DNA of 31,167 nucleotides, the filler included, from an uncultured virus (IMG/VR IMGVR_UViG_2061766007_001353) (lineage: Duplodnaviria; Heunggongvirae; Uroviricota; Caudoviricetes). It is 2 parts of one record of this genome, joined end to end, with 100 filler letters (N's around TTAATTAATTAA, not from the genome) between each part and the next. Parts side by side here need not be neighbours in the genome. Positions count along the whole stretch, not along the records: positions 1 to 29,461 come from IMGVR_UViG_2061766007_001353; 1 more part is not named here. The stretch is one strand, 5' to 3'. Every line of letters starts with the position of its first letter. Positions within the stretch are counted from its first letter, which is position 1. The translations under genes and the position numbers were made by a program. The notes beneath the pieces were generated by a model. The model was not told where the DNA came from and searched no databases. It saw only the letters and a list, made by a program, of their open reading frames with translations. Shown here in pieces: positions 9,153-18,124 of the stretch.

Positions 9153-9985
9153 AAACAGGGGATGATTTTGCATTTAGCATAACACAAAACGGAAAAGAAC
9201 TAGATAAAAGCAAATATACTTGGGATGAAAAAACAAGAACATTAAGTACTGTAGAAAGTAACCTAGTATTAGATTTCTTTGGGTATGACGAAGTAACATT
9301 CAATACTGGTTCACACTGTACATTTAAGACTGGTCATAGTTGTACNNNNNNNNNNNNNNNNNNNNNNNNNNNNNNNNNNNNNNNNNNNNNNNNNNNNNNN
9401 NNNNNNNNNNNNAATAGTTGCACATTCAGAACTGGTTCCGATTGCGTAGCTGTAAGACGAGATATTTTTGAGGTTATAATATTACCTAAAAACGAAACAG
9501 TGCAATTATGCCCTGGTGGTATAGAAGGTTATGTGAAAGACGGTTATTATTATAAAAACAACAAAAAACAATACAAGGCGATAATAGCAGACAAAATATT
9601 GTCAGAAATAATTAATCATAAAGGTAATGTTTATAGAGTTAAAAATTACGGTTCAGATAAAATAACTTATTTGATTAAAGACGGTGATATATACTCTCAT
9701 GGTGATACATTAAAAGAGGCTAAAGACAGTTTAATTTATAAAATCTCAAACAGAGATACATCAATGTATAAAGATTATACACTTGATACAAAAATTACAC
9801 TTGAACAAGCAATAAAGATGTACAGAACAGTTACAGGAGCTTGTGAGGGTGGTACCAGGCATTTTGTTGAAACTCACGAATTACCAAAGAAAATGACAGT
9901 AAAAGAATTAATTGAAATTACACAAGGTCAATATGGTAATAGAGAATTAGTAGAATTTTTGAGGACGGTAAGTAAATGCAGGTAA
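9146..9985 (+). CDS. Second 8-aa CTFxTG repeat protein (repeat tract partly in a gap)
   Basis: Same N-terminal NGKELD.S.YTWD segment, same repeats and near-identical C-terminus as 6338-7393. Confidence 0.8.
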   Translation: MVKTGDDFAFSITQNGKELDKSKYTWDEKTRTLSTVESNLVLDFFGYDEVTFNTGSHCTFKTGHSCXXXXXXXXXXXXXXXXXXXXXXXNSCTFRTGSDCVAVRRDIFEVIILPKNETVQLCPGGIEGYVKDGYYYKNNKKQYKAIIADKILSEIINHKGNVYRVKNYGSDKITYLIKDGDIYSHGDTLKEAKDSLIYKISNRDTSMYKDYTLDTKITLEQAIKMYRTVTGACEGGTRHFVETHELPKKMTVKELIEITQGQYGNRELVEFLRTVSKCR

Positions 9986-10009
9986 GGTCAGAGGAACGTA
10001 TTAAGAAGT

Positions 10010-10666
10010 ATGGGAAGTACCGTGAAACTAAAGTGGACAAATAAAGAGTTAGACTTTTTACAAAGCAGTTACCCTTATCTAAACTCACATAAGTTGGAAG
10101 ATATATGGTTTGAGAAGACAGGTGTTCATAGAACAGCATCTGCCATAAGGACAAAAGCTAAACGTCTTAAAATCAAAGCAAGTAAATATACTAGAATTAA
10201 AAAGCATGATTATGCTATTTGTCTTAATTGTGGTAAGAAGTTTTACAGGAATGCTCATTATATAAATGTAGACGTACGTTTTTGTAGTCCCCAATGTAGA
10301 GGTGAGTATAAAGCGAGAAAATGTGGTGAGAAACTAAGGTTATCTAACCAGCAGTATAATAAAGTATACCGTAGAGATTACAATTATATAATAAGGTCAT
10401 TTGATTCTTATGCAAAGAAAAATAAGTACTATGCCTTTGAGGATTTAATAGAATATTTCTGGAAATATCAGTTTAAATATTATGTAGAAATTTGTAGTAG
10501 GAGAAATAAAAGAATAAAATTAGATAAGTTTATATTATATGCGAGACTACACGTTTATAGAGATATGAAAAAAGATTACAGGCTGAAAGGGGAACTTATA
10601 AGGGAATTAAAGACTCTCTATAAAGACGAGTTTGACTTAACAATACCTACGTGGTATGATAAATAA
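10010..10666 (+). CDS. Basic putative DNA-binding protein (Myb-like WT..E start, CxxC...FCSxxC zinc finger)
   Basis: KWTNKELDFL, CLNCGKKF, FCSPQC; K/R-rich; no HNH motif seen. Confidence 0.6.
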   Translation: MGSTVKLKWTNKELDFLQSSYPYLNSHKLEDIWFEKTGVHRTASAIRTKAKRLKIKASKYTRIKKHDYAICLNCGKKFYRNAHYINVDVRFCSPQCRGEYKARKCGEKLRLSNQQYNKVYRRDYNYIIRSFDSYAKKNKYYAFEDLIEYFWKYQFKYYVEICSRRNKRIKLDKFILYARLHVYRDMKKDYRLKGELIRELKTLYKDEFDLTIPTWYDK

Positions 10667-10681
10667 AAGAGGTTGTTATAA

Positions 10682-11167
10682 ATGATTGAGGCGATAAGAG
10701 AACAATTAGTTAATTTATATGAAAATGACGGCTCTATTCTAATGAGTAGAATGAAGAAACTTATTGATAAGATAGACGCTGTTATAGAGGAACGTAAACA
10801 AGCACATGTTCCACAATTAGTTCGGGAGACATTGCTTAGATATGACGAGCAGATCATGGTAGAGAAAAACAAGTTTTCTGCACTAGAAAAGACGAGTAAT
10901 ACAGCTTTAAAGAGAACTTATATTGCACAAGAAATATTGTGTTTGTTAAGTCAGAAAATAGCATATATTAACTATATTTCTAGTAGTTACTTTGCAGCTC
11001 TTTCACCGCAAAGTAAGAAAGATCAGATGGAAAATTTGTTTTTAATGTGTAATGCAGATAAGGAAGACGCTAGTAGGTGGCAAACGATAGTAAGCAATAA
11101 CACCAGGGAATTAGACCTTATTAATGCAAAAATGCGTATTAAGATTGGAGAAACAGGTGACACCTAA
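10682..11167 (+). CDS. Hypothetical helical protein
   Basis: 161-aa ORF, RBS AGAGG. Confidence 0.7.
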   Translation: MIEAIREQLVNLYENDGSILMSRMKKLIDKIDAVIEERKQAHVPQLVRETLLRYDEQIMVEKNKFSALEKTSNTALKRTYIAQEILCLLSQKIAYINYISSSYFAALSPQSKKDQMENLFLMCNADKEDASRWQTIVSNNTRELDLINAKMRIKIGETGDT

Positions 11168-11714
11168 ACCAAAAAGAGTACAAGTCCCTTCAAGTATTTG
11201 GGACAACGGACTAAAGCAGATTTTTAATGCTGTGGGTGTAGAAGCTACAAATATACAAAGAGAGAAAATATTTTTCTATATTTTCTCTGTATTAGCGTCA
11301 TATTTAAGAGACAACGCACATACATATTTCCGTATGGGTTATATTGATATACTTAAAGACTCTTTCAATGAGCAAAAGTTATTTACTGTTGTATTAAATG
11401 ATTTAAAGAAAATCCCTACAGCAGTAGAGCTTGAAAGATATTATACGCAAGGTGGATTAGAAGCTGAAAAAGTTTCGGAAATGATAGAGCCATTCCTTGA
11501 AAATTTAGCAGAATATTCTACACGTCAAGAAAAAGCTACAACGAAGTTGCTAAAGTGTAAAGACTATGAAAGCATAGTTGAACGTAAAAGAAGACAACAT
11601 AGAATGAGCATGCGTAGATATAGAGCTAAATTAAGAAAGAAGAAAAAAGAGGAACAACGCAAAGAAAAACGCTTGATACAGAAGATAAAAGATAGCAGGG
11701 GTTTAGAAGATTAA
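11124..11714 (+). CDS. Hypothetical protein with a very basic C-terminal helix (start possibly the GTG near 11157)
   Basis: Long ORF in the operon; RKRRQHR...RKKKKEE tail. Confidence 0.7.
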   Translation: MQKCVLRLEKQVTPKPKRVQVPSSIWDNGLKQIFNAVGVEATNIQREKIFFYIFSVLASYLRDNAHTYFRMGYIDILKDSFNEQKLFTVVLNDLKKIPTAVELERYYTQGGLEAEKVSEMIEPFLENLAEYSTRQEKATTKLLKCKDYESIVERKRRQHRMSMRRYRAKLRKKKKEEQRKEKRLIQKIKDSRGLED

Positions 11715-11719
11715 GTTAT

Positions 11720-11748
11720 TTGACATGCTTATTCCCACATGTTATCAT
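11720..11748 (+). promoter_or_regulatory. sigma70-type promoter of the recombination operon
   Basis: TTGACA 11720-11725, 17 bp, TGt-TATCAT 11743-11748. Confidence 0.75.
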
Positions 11749-11804
11749 GAAAATACAAAAGGAAATTTAAGGTTAGAGGAAAACACAGAAAGGTAGGAAA
11801 ATTT

Positions 11805-12941
11805 ATGGGTAGAGTATCCCTATTAGAAGCGACTAAACCGCAAGCAACACAAGAGTATTTTAGTAGTAAATATTCTTTAAAAACTATTGCTGGATTAGCA
11901 GTAGAGAAAGAAGTTTGTGTAATACCATTAGGCTTAGGTCAAGGTATTTACAAAACTGCATATCACAAGGTAAGAGCTAAGGCTAATGGAAAACCAAATG
12001 GTGGTTTTAAAGGTTGGTATGATACAAACATTATTTGCAAATCATATTTAGACGACGGTACAAGAGTAGACGAACCAGCTATTTGTTGCCAATTAGCACA
12101 AGCAGAAAAAGACAGAGTACCAGATAAAGAAAAATCTTCTGAAAGAAAAATAGGTTTTACGAACTGGGTAGTACATATTCCAGTATTAGTATTAGTAAAC
12201 AAGTTAAGTGACGATAGAGTAGTTAAGAAAGCTCCTATTGAATATCAGTCTATGGGTGCTACACCTTTGTTCTCTTATTTAGAATTATCATCACAAGTAT
12301 TTGAGACAGACATTGTTGGTGGATTGAGAAAGAAATTAGAAAATGACGGCTTAATTACTATTGATACAGACGAAGAACAAGCACAACAACTTATTCAAAA
12401 ATGGCTAAGAAATTCTTTGATTAAGGTTACTTGTGAACCAACTAAAAAGAATTTACCTTATGAAAGATCATATTTAGTAATTCCGTTCTATGAAAAACGT
12501 ATTGGGGCTAAGTCTGAAGAGCACGAACAAATTGTTCACTATAATAAGTTCCCAGAAATTACTAACCAAATTTCTAGTTTCTTAACATTATTTGATACAG
12601 AATATCCGAAATTAATGAAAGATTGGACTGAAAGCGAATTACTAAACTATGTTAATTCAACTTCACAACAAGAAAATATTGAAAAAGCTATCGCAGTAGA
12701 CGAAGTTAAACAAGCACTTCCAAAAGAAGAACAAATTGTTGAGATGGTTACGGAAGAACCTGCTATTGAAACTAATGTAGCAGAAGATTTTGACGTAGAT
12801 GTGGATATGGATTTTGACGTATCAACTTTAGATAAAGAAGACACAATAGTTGCAGAAGCACCTGTTGAGATTGCAGATGAAGAAATTTCATTTGAATTAG
12901 ATGACGACGCTTTTTGTGACGATTTAGATTCGTTTTCATAG
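11805..12941 (+). CDS. Putative single-stranded DNA-binding protein (gp32-like organisation)
   Basis: H..C..CC potential Zn site, very acidic aromatic C-terminal tail (DDDAFCDDLDSFS), upstream of RuvC and RecA. Confidence 0.55.
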   Translation: MGRVSLLEATKPQATQEYFSSKYSLKTIAGLAVEKEVCVIPLGLGQGIYKTAYHKVRAKANGKPNGGFKGWYDTNIICKSYLDDGTRVDEPAICCQLAQAEKDRVPDKEKSSERKIGFTNWVVHIPVLVLVNKLSDDRVVKKAPIEYQSMGATPLFSYLELSSQVFETDIVGGLRKKLENDGLITIDTDEEQAQQLIQKWLRNSLIKVTCEPTKKNLPYERSYLVIPFYEKRIGAKSEEHEQIVHYNKFPEITNQISSFLTLFDTEYPKLMKDWTESELLNYVNSTSQQENIEKAIAVDEVKQALPKEEQIVEMVTEEPAIETNVAEDFDVDVDMDFDVSTLDKEDTIVAEAPVEIADEEISFELDDDAFCDDLDSFS

Positions 12942-12950
12942 GAGATTACA

Positions 12951-13523
12951 ATGACTCTGTTGTCGATAGGGGTTGACCCTGGTGGACGAAATGGAGCTAT
13001 CTCTGTGATAGACACTAACTTAAATATTCTACTGGTAGAAAGTGCACCTTTCTACCTAGTAGAAAATAAGAATAAAAAGTTAAAACCGAAACTTAATAAA
13101 CAAACGGGAATGTTTGAGGACAGATATAGCTCAAGAGCATGGACAGACTTTAAAAAGCTGGGGGAAGTATACAAACCATTTATTAATAAAAGGAATAAGA
13201 TTATCTATACTATAGAAAAAGTATCAGTAAGACCAGGAGAGGGTGAAACGTCGTCATTTATCTTCGGAGACTCTCTTGGTATACATAGAGGAATGTATAA
13301 CTACTTACAACCTATTGCTTATTATGAACCAACACCACAAATTTGGAAAGCTGAAATGAAAGTAACAAGCGATAAATCTACTAGTATAGAAAGAGTGGAA
13401 GATATATTTCAATGTAATTTAAAAGATTATAAAAAAGTGGGAAAAGTTGATGATTTGGCAGAGTCACTATTGTTAGCTTTCTACGGATTAAAAAATTATT
13501 TAGAGGAAATAGGAGAAGTCTAA
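12951..13523 (+). CDS. RuvC-like Holliday junction resolvase
   Basis: IGVDPG..GA, IEKV, P.PQ.WK and DDLAESLLLA RNase H-fold acidic motifs. Confidence 0.8.
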   Translation: MTLLSIGVDPGGRNGAISVIDTNLNILLVESAPFYLVENKNKKLKPKLNKQTGMFEDRYSSRAWTDFKKLGEVYKPFINKRNKIIYTIEKVSVRPGEGETSSFIFGDSLGIHRGMYNYLQPIAYYEPTPQIWKAEMKVTSDKSTSIERVEDIFQCNLKDYKKVGKVDDLAESLLLAFYGLKNYLEEIGEV

Positions 13524-13551
13524 TAAGACTTCAGGAAGGACACAATAAATT

Positions 13552-14688
13552 ATGGCAACAAAAACAAAAAGTGCGAATAGTGCTACAAAGACACTAGACG
13601 CAGATAATATGAAAGTCCCTATGGTTGAAACAGGTTGTTTGCCCTTTGACCTAGCAATGACAAATGGTAAAGGTTTACCTTTAGGCAGTTCTATACTTCT
13701 ATATGCAATGCCAGGTGTAGGGAAGACCACCTTGTTCGCAGATGTAACAAGAAATTTGCTAAGAAAAGCTAAAGAAAAAGACATACCTTTTAAAGTATTA
13801 TTTGTAGACGTAGAGGGTAGTACAGAACTTTTAGTAAGTATGGGACTCAAACCATATATAGTATCTGGTGATATTATTGTTAAGACAGGTCAAATAACTT
13901 TCGGGGAACTTTCAAACATGTACGAAAAAGTTCTAGCATGGCATGAAGGTGCAGACTCTAGGAAGTTAGACGAAGAGTATAAAGATGTTAAGTTGATTAT
14001 TGTAGACTCGCTATGCCAAGTACAATCTCAAGCTTTACTGGATAAAGACGTAGACGACGGTGATTTCGGTTCTAACGCTAAAGAACGTGCTAGATTCTAT
14101 CCTAAATTCTTAGGTAGATGTAAAACAGCAGGTGTAACAAGTATGTTTATTACGCAAGTACGTGTTAAACAAGGGGCACAAGCATTTGAGGATCCTAAAC
14201 GTCCAGCATGTACAGATACAGACATACATAATTGTGAGATATGTTGTAAGTTGAGTAAAGGTGCTAATACTACAGTAGCAGGAAAGAAAGAAGTTAAAAC
14301 TACTTTTGGGGTAAAACAATTATCGTCACGTGGTATTATTAATATTAAAACGTCAGGGACTGGAAACGTTAAAAATAGATTTTGTACAATTCCTGATATT
14401 GAATGCTTAATAGAGTACGGTAAAGGTGTTATTAATTCATATACAGTTAAAGAAATGTTGATGAATTTAGGGTACATTAAGCTAAGTGGTAGTAGATATT
14501 GCTTTGGGGACGAGATTGTAGCAGCAATGGGTTGGACAGACGTAGAACCCAATGTTGGTATAGAGAAAGTTCCATTTAATCAACGTATTTCAGCAAATAC
14601 TAGTGAATTAGTAGGATTTTTGAAGAGTAAAGATAGTTTTCTTGTGTTGCCAGAAAATTCAGTAGACTATGGGGATGGTCTTACTTAA
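13552..14688 (+). CDS. RecA/UvsX-family recombinase
   Basis: ETGCLPFD, Walker A AMPGVGKTT, FVDVEG, Walker B IIVDSL, FITQVR, VKNRF. Confidence 0.85.
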   Translation: MATKTKSANSATKTLDADNMKVPMVETGCLPFDLAMTNGKGLPLGSSILLYAMPGVGKTTLFADVTRNLLRKAKEKDIPFKVLFVDVEGSTELLVSMGLKPYIVSGDIIVKTGQITFGELSNMYEKVLAWHEGADSRKLDEEYKDVKLIIVDSLCQVQSQALLDKDVDDGDFGSNAKERARFYPKFLGRCKTAGVTSMFITQVRVKQGAQAFEDPKRPACTDTDIHNCEICCKLSKGANTTVAGKKEVKTTFGVKQLSSRGIINIKTSGTGNVKNRFCTIPDIECLIEYGKGVINSYTVKEMLMNLGYIKLSGSRYCFGDEIVAAMGWTDVEPNVGIEKVPFNQRISANTSELVGFLKSKDSFLVLPENSVDYGDGLT

Positions 14689-14704
14689 TGGTAAGTGTCA
14701 AATT

Positions 14705-14739
14705 CTAACGCTAATGTTCTTCCTCCTTTCTAGCGTTAG
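14705..14739 (+). promoter_or_regulatory. Hairpin with an anti-Shine-Dalgarno loop
   Basis: CTAACGCTA / TAGCGTTAG 9-bp stem enclosing ATGTTCTTCCTCCTTTC. Confidence 0.5.
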
Positions 14740-14767
14740 GTTAGTTGCCTTATATAAGGCAACTAAC
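14740..14767. terminator. Perfect 28-bp palindrome; probable (bidirectional) terminator
   Basis: GTTAGTTGCCTTAT|ATAAGGCAACTAAC after the recombinase gene. Confidence 0.65.
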
Positions 14768-14769
14768 AT

Positions 14770-14798
14770 TTGACAGTACACGATATTTGTAATAATAT
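14770..14798 (+). promoter_or_regulatory. sigma70-type promoter
   Basis: TTGACA 14770-14775, 17 bp, TAATAT 14793-14798. Confidence 0.7.
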
Positions 14799-14836
14799 AT
14801 AGTAGAGGGATATTTAAAAGAAAGTGAGATTGAGGA

Positions 14837-15664
14837 ATGATTCAAAGTATAAAAGAGTCTGATTTTGTTAAGGCACTTGTAGAGGAAGTTGATGATACTA
14901 TACAAGTACAGATAGTAGACAAAGAGACTAAGAAAGAATTAGATTTAGATTTAGACGGTAAGACAGACGTATTAGTAGGTCATGGGGATAAAGAGATTTT
15001 AAATCCTGACGCTGAAAAAATGTCTATTGTAGATGACGAAGAAAAAGTCAGTGAAGACTTAGAAGAAAAAGAAGATTTGTATGAGTTTGATCAAGTTGGT
15101 AATTACGTTGAAAGTAGGGAACAGTTCATGGACTTACCTATTTGGAAATGTGTAGCTGTTGATTTGACTAAGTTAATTGAAGACTATTCAAACGAGGTTG
15201 GTGGGGATAAAGAGGATGCAGAGATAGTATCTATTATATCACCAGATGAAATTGTAAAATTAGCTATTGAAAATGATACGTTAAAAGATCAAATTAGATA
15301 TACTTACTATGAGTCACAGGTAGACGGTTCATATATAGGTGATTCAAGATATTCTGAAGACTTGTTAAAGTTGTTAAAAGAACATGGTATTACTTATATG
15401 GAATCTTTTGGTAGTGGTAGTGTGGCAAATATTGGCTACTCACCAAAAGAAAATAAATGGTATGGCTGGTCACATAGAGCATTCTACGGATTTGGTTTAG
15501 GTGACGTTGTACAAGAGGGCGATATAACAAGCATACCAGCTTTAGAAGACTCTTATGCAGTGCAACACCCTGAAATGTGTTATAATTTGCCAGTAGGTTT
15601 CACAGCATTTACATTAAATGACGCTAAGAGAATGGCTATGGCATTTGCAGATTACGTTGGATAA
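14837..15664 (+). CDS. Acidic hypothetical phage protein with a C-terminal IGYS...KWYGWSHRA motif
   Basis: 275-aa ORF after a promoter; conserved-looking aromatic motif, function unknown. Confidence 0.75.
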   Translation: MIQSIKESDFVKALVEEVDDTIQVQIVDKETKKELDLDLDGKTDVLVGHGDKEILNPDAEKMSIVDDEEKVSEDLEEKEDLYEFDQVGNYVESREQFMDLPIWKCVAVDLTKLIEDYSNEVGGDKEDAEIVSIISPDEIVKLAIENDTLKDQIRYTYYESQVDGSYIGDSRYSEDLLKLLKEHGITYMESFGSGSVANIGYSPKENKWYGWSHRAFYGFGLGDVVQEGDITSIPALEDSYAVQHPEMCYNLPVGFTAFTLNDAKRMAMAFADYVG

Positions 15665-15665
15665 T

Positions 15666-15875
15666 ATGTTAAATATTGACGAAGTATATGATGATATAGG
15701 TGAGACTATTCAACGAATTACAGAGTTGAATAGTCAATACATAGGAAAGCAGATGACAGAAAAAGAAAGAACAGACGTTTTGGACGCTTTGTCATTTGCT
15801 TACCTAAAATTAGAGAAATTAAGGGAACAGTTAAAGAAGGATATTATAGAAAATGGAAATGAATTGTTTGGATAG
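15666..15875 (+). CDS. Small hypothetical protein
   Basis: ATG at 15666, immediately after the upstream stop, preferred to 15618. Confidence 0.6.
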   Translation: MLNIDEVYDDIGETIQRITELNSQYIGKQMTEKERTDVLDALSFAYLKLEKLREQLKKDIIENGNELFG

Positions 15876-16314
15876 GAAAACACAGGTTAAAATTAGACGT
15901 GTAGCTAATGTAGAATTACCAAAGTATGAAACAGCGGGTGCTAGTGGTTTGGATTTAAGAGCAGCTATTAGTGAACCGATGACTTTAAAACCAATGGAGA
16001 GACAATTAGTACCTACTGGTATTCAAATTGAACTTGAAAGAGGTTGGGAAGCACAAGTTAGACCTCGTTCTGGTATGTCGTGGAAAAGAGGTTTAACGTT
16101 AGTAAATTGCGTAGGAACTATCGACAGTGACTACCGTAATACTATTATGGTTCCAATGATCAACTTATCAGAAGAAGAACAAACTATACAACCTAATGAT
16201 AGAATTGCACAAATGGTTATCTGTCCAGTAGAGCAGGTAGAATTAGTAGAAGTAGAAGATTTATCAGATACAGTTCGTGGTTTAGGTGGTTTTGGTAGTA
16301 CAGGTGTTCAATAA
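15853..16314 (+). CDS. dut: Trimeric dUTPase
   Basis: SGLDL, VRPRSG, GTIDSDYR, RIAQ, RG.GGFGSTG motifs. Confidence 0.95.
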   Translation: MEMNCLDRKTQVKIRRVANVELPKYETAGASGLDLRAAISEPMTLKPMERQLVPTGIQIELERGWEAQVRPRSGMSWKRGLTLVNCVGTIDSDYRNTIMVPMINLSEEEQTIQPNDRIAQMVICPVEQVELVEVEDLSDTVRGLGGFGSTGVQ

Positions 16315-16685
16315 TGATTAGTGACGACTTGGTTCTTATTAAGAATATATCTTTAAGAGTGGCAAAATTCTTTTTAGTGATGTTGGAGTATATGATACGT
16401 TTTTTGTATCTACTCTGTCCATTTGGCTTAATACTTTTGGCAGTATCATTAAGAGACAAAATGAACACAGCGAGGGTGTTAAATTTACATTTGAACGATA
16501 AATCAGTGTTCCAATTTATATACCCTAATACAATAATAGTATTGCAGGATAAGGATAAGATGAAAAATTCAGTGAAAAAAGTTAGTTTTAAGATTAATAA
16601 CTTCTTAGGAGAGTACAAGTATCTATTAGTTACAGCTCTTTTATCAGCAGTTATTATTGCAATTTGTTTAAGTGGAAGGGTATAA
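16314..16685 (+). CDS. Putative membrane protein
   Basis: Hydrophobic stretches near both termini; TAATG coupling to dut. Confidence 0.6.
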   Translation: MISDDLVLIKNISLRVAKFFLVMLEYMIRFLYLLCPFGLILLAVSLRDKMNTARVLNLHLNDKSVFQFIYPNTIIVLQDKDKMKNSVKKVSFKINNFLGEYKYLLVTALLSAVIIAICLSGRV

Positions 16686-16686
16686 G

Positions 16687-17283
16687 ATGGTAGAAAAAAT
16701 AGAAAGAGAATTAGAAGTATTACGAAATACTATTAAGTCAGAAATTCCGTATGATAATGCATATTTCATGCATGTACATACAGTATGTACAGACATAGTT
16801 AATAACTTTATTTCAGAACCTGAAGACGAAGTAGGTATTTTGAGATTAGTAAATAAAGCACTACCTTACGCTAAGAGTGGTGGTAATATGAATACAGAGT
16901 TAGTTGCTCTTACTTATTTAATGGAAATTCCAGAAGTCCTACAGGAAGAAAAGTTAAAAGAATTAGAAACAACTAAGAACACAATTATTAAGACTTTACA
17001 AAAAAGAGCAGATGTAGATTTCTTCCACCCAAGAAAGTATGTTGCTTACTTAGTTAAACTTGCAAATGATAAAGAATTTACAGCTTTATTAGCAGAGTTT
17101 TTGTATTTACAAGTAATGGCAGAAATCGGTTTAGAAGAAGGCTCAAGAGTTGATAAGTTAATTAACAATACAACTTTAGCGTATATAGATACACAATTAG
17201 ATTTGAATGATTTAGCATTAGACTCTCTAACTAGAGGTGCTAGAAACGATTTTGCTATACTAGTTAATAAATTTGATATTTAA
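16687..17283 (+). CDS. Hypothetical protein, weakly HD-domain-like (degenerate)
   Basis: ATG 16687 with RBS GGAAGGG; AYFMHVHTV recalls the PY..H...V HD-domain start, but there is no HD dyad. Confidence 0.6.
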   Translation: MVEKIERELEVLRNTIKSEIPYDNAYFMHVHTVCTDIVNNFISEPEDEVGILRLVNKALPYAKSGGNMNTELVALTYLMEIPEVLQEEKLKELETTKNTIIKTLQKRADVDFFHPRKYVAYLVKLANDKEFTALLAEFLYLQVMAEIGLEEGSRVDKLINNTTLAYIDTQLDLNDLALDSLTRGARNDFAILVNKFDI

Positions 17284-17315
17284 TGCCTCATTTTGGTTGT
17301 TTGTATCATATGATT

Positions 17316-17349
17316 GTCAAACACTGTTATCAGTGTTTGACTTTTCTTT
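17316..17349 (+). terminator. Rho-independent terminator overlapping the next -35 box
   Basis: GTCAAACACTG-TTAT-CAGTGTTTGAC followed by TTTTCTTT. Confidence 0.8.
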
Positions 17350-17365
17350 ATTTTTATGGTAAAAT
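17337..17365 (+). promoter_or_regulatory. sigma70-type promoter
   Basis: TTGACT 17337-17342, 17 bp, TGg-TAAAAT 17360-17365; the GTG start only 6 nt later implies a near-leaderless mRNA. Confidence 0.65.
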
Positions 17366-17371
17366 GAGCAT

Positions 17372-17674
17372 GTGAAGCGTGAAGATAAATTATTAGGTGG
17401 TGAAATTGTCTTTTTGAGTATTATTGGATTAATACCAGTTATCAATATTGCTCTAATTATTTATGAAATATCACATAGTTTACATATACTAAGCTATTTA
17501 ATAATTGGGGAAGTAGTAGTATATGTAGAAGATTATTTAAGAGAGTTTCTTATTTGCTTAGCTTTATTACCAGTAGCATTTATTACAGCAAATGTAGTAT
17601 TGTTTATGTTATTAGTATTTAACATGGCAGGTTATGCTTACTTGGTAATGAGAAGAGTAAGTAAGGTAAAATAG
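17372..17674 (+). CDS. Small multi-pass membrane protein (about 3 TM segments)
   Basis: 100 aa, mostly hydrophobic, basic C-terminus RRVSKVK. Confidence 0.65.
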   Translation: MKREDKLLGGEIVFLSIIGLIPVINIALIIYEISHSLHILSYLIIGEVVVYVEDYLREFLICLALLPVAFITANVVLFMLLVFNMAGYAYLVMRRVSKVK

Positions 17675-17724
17675 TTAGAAATTTAGTAGTTAAGATTATA
17701 TTTTAAGGGTAGAGAGAGTAATTA

Positions 17725-18021
17725 ATGAGAGTAGACAGAATCGGGGTGACACCTCAAGCTACAAGTTTGAAAAACATTAGCTTTATGAAGGATGAGATGG
17801 AAAATAGGAAAGTTATCTTGAGAGATAACATATACAGAAGATGGGTGTCAACCCCTGTGAACGAGGACACTTATGAACAACTATTAGCAGAATATAGTTC
17901 ATACTTACAGTCTAATGTATGTGACGATAAAATTATAAGAACAGATATTATAGCTGTCTTATATAAAGGGTTAATAGAAAAATTTAATAAGTGGCTAAGA
18001 CTAGGAAAAGAAGAAGATTAA
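17725..18021 (+). CDS. Hypothetical protein
   Basis: 98-aa ORF with purine-rich RBS. Confidence 0.65.
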   Translation: MRVDRIGVTPQATSLKNISFMKDEMENRKVILRDNIYRRWVSTPVNEDTYEQLLAEYSSYLQSNVCDDKIIRTDIIAVLYKGLIEKFNKWLRLGKEED

Positions 18022-18047
18022 TTTCAATTTCGCAGATCTAAAATAAC

Positions 18048-18076
18048 AAGAGGTTTTAACAAACCTCTTTTCTTTT
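18048..18076 (+). terminator. Rho-independent terminator
   Basis: AAGAGGTTT-TAAC-AAACCTCTT followed by a T-run. Confidence 0.8.
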
Positions 18077-18081
18077 ACTTT

Positions 18082-18110
18082 TTGACATGTTTGAATTTTT
18101 ACTGTAATAT
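18082..18110 (+). promoter_or_regulatory. sigma70-type promoter
   Basis: TTGACA 18082-18087, 17 bp, TAATAT 18105-18110. Confidence 0.7.
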
Positions 18111-18124
18111 ATTATATAAGAGGT

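Noticed and set aside
10010..10666. HNH homing endonuclease
   Set aside because: The zinc-finger and basic segments resemble HNH-associated modules, but no H-N-H catalytic motif is present.
12647..14552. Minus-strand ORFs overlapping the SSB-like, RuvC-like and RecA-like genes (and similar shadow ORFs elsewhere)
   Set aside because: They are antisense shadows of well-supported + strand genes, with no RBS or recognisable motifs.
17372..17674. Holin
   Set aside because: Size and hydrophobicity fit, but there is no endolysin nearby and it lies among early or middle genes, so the call is unsupported.
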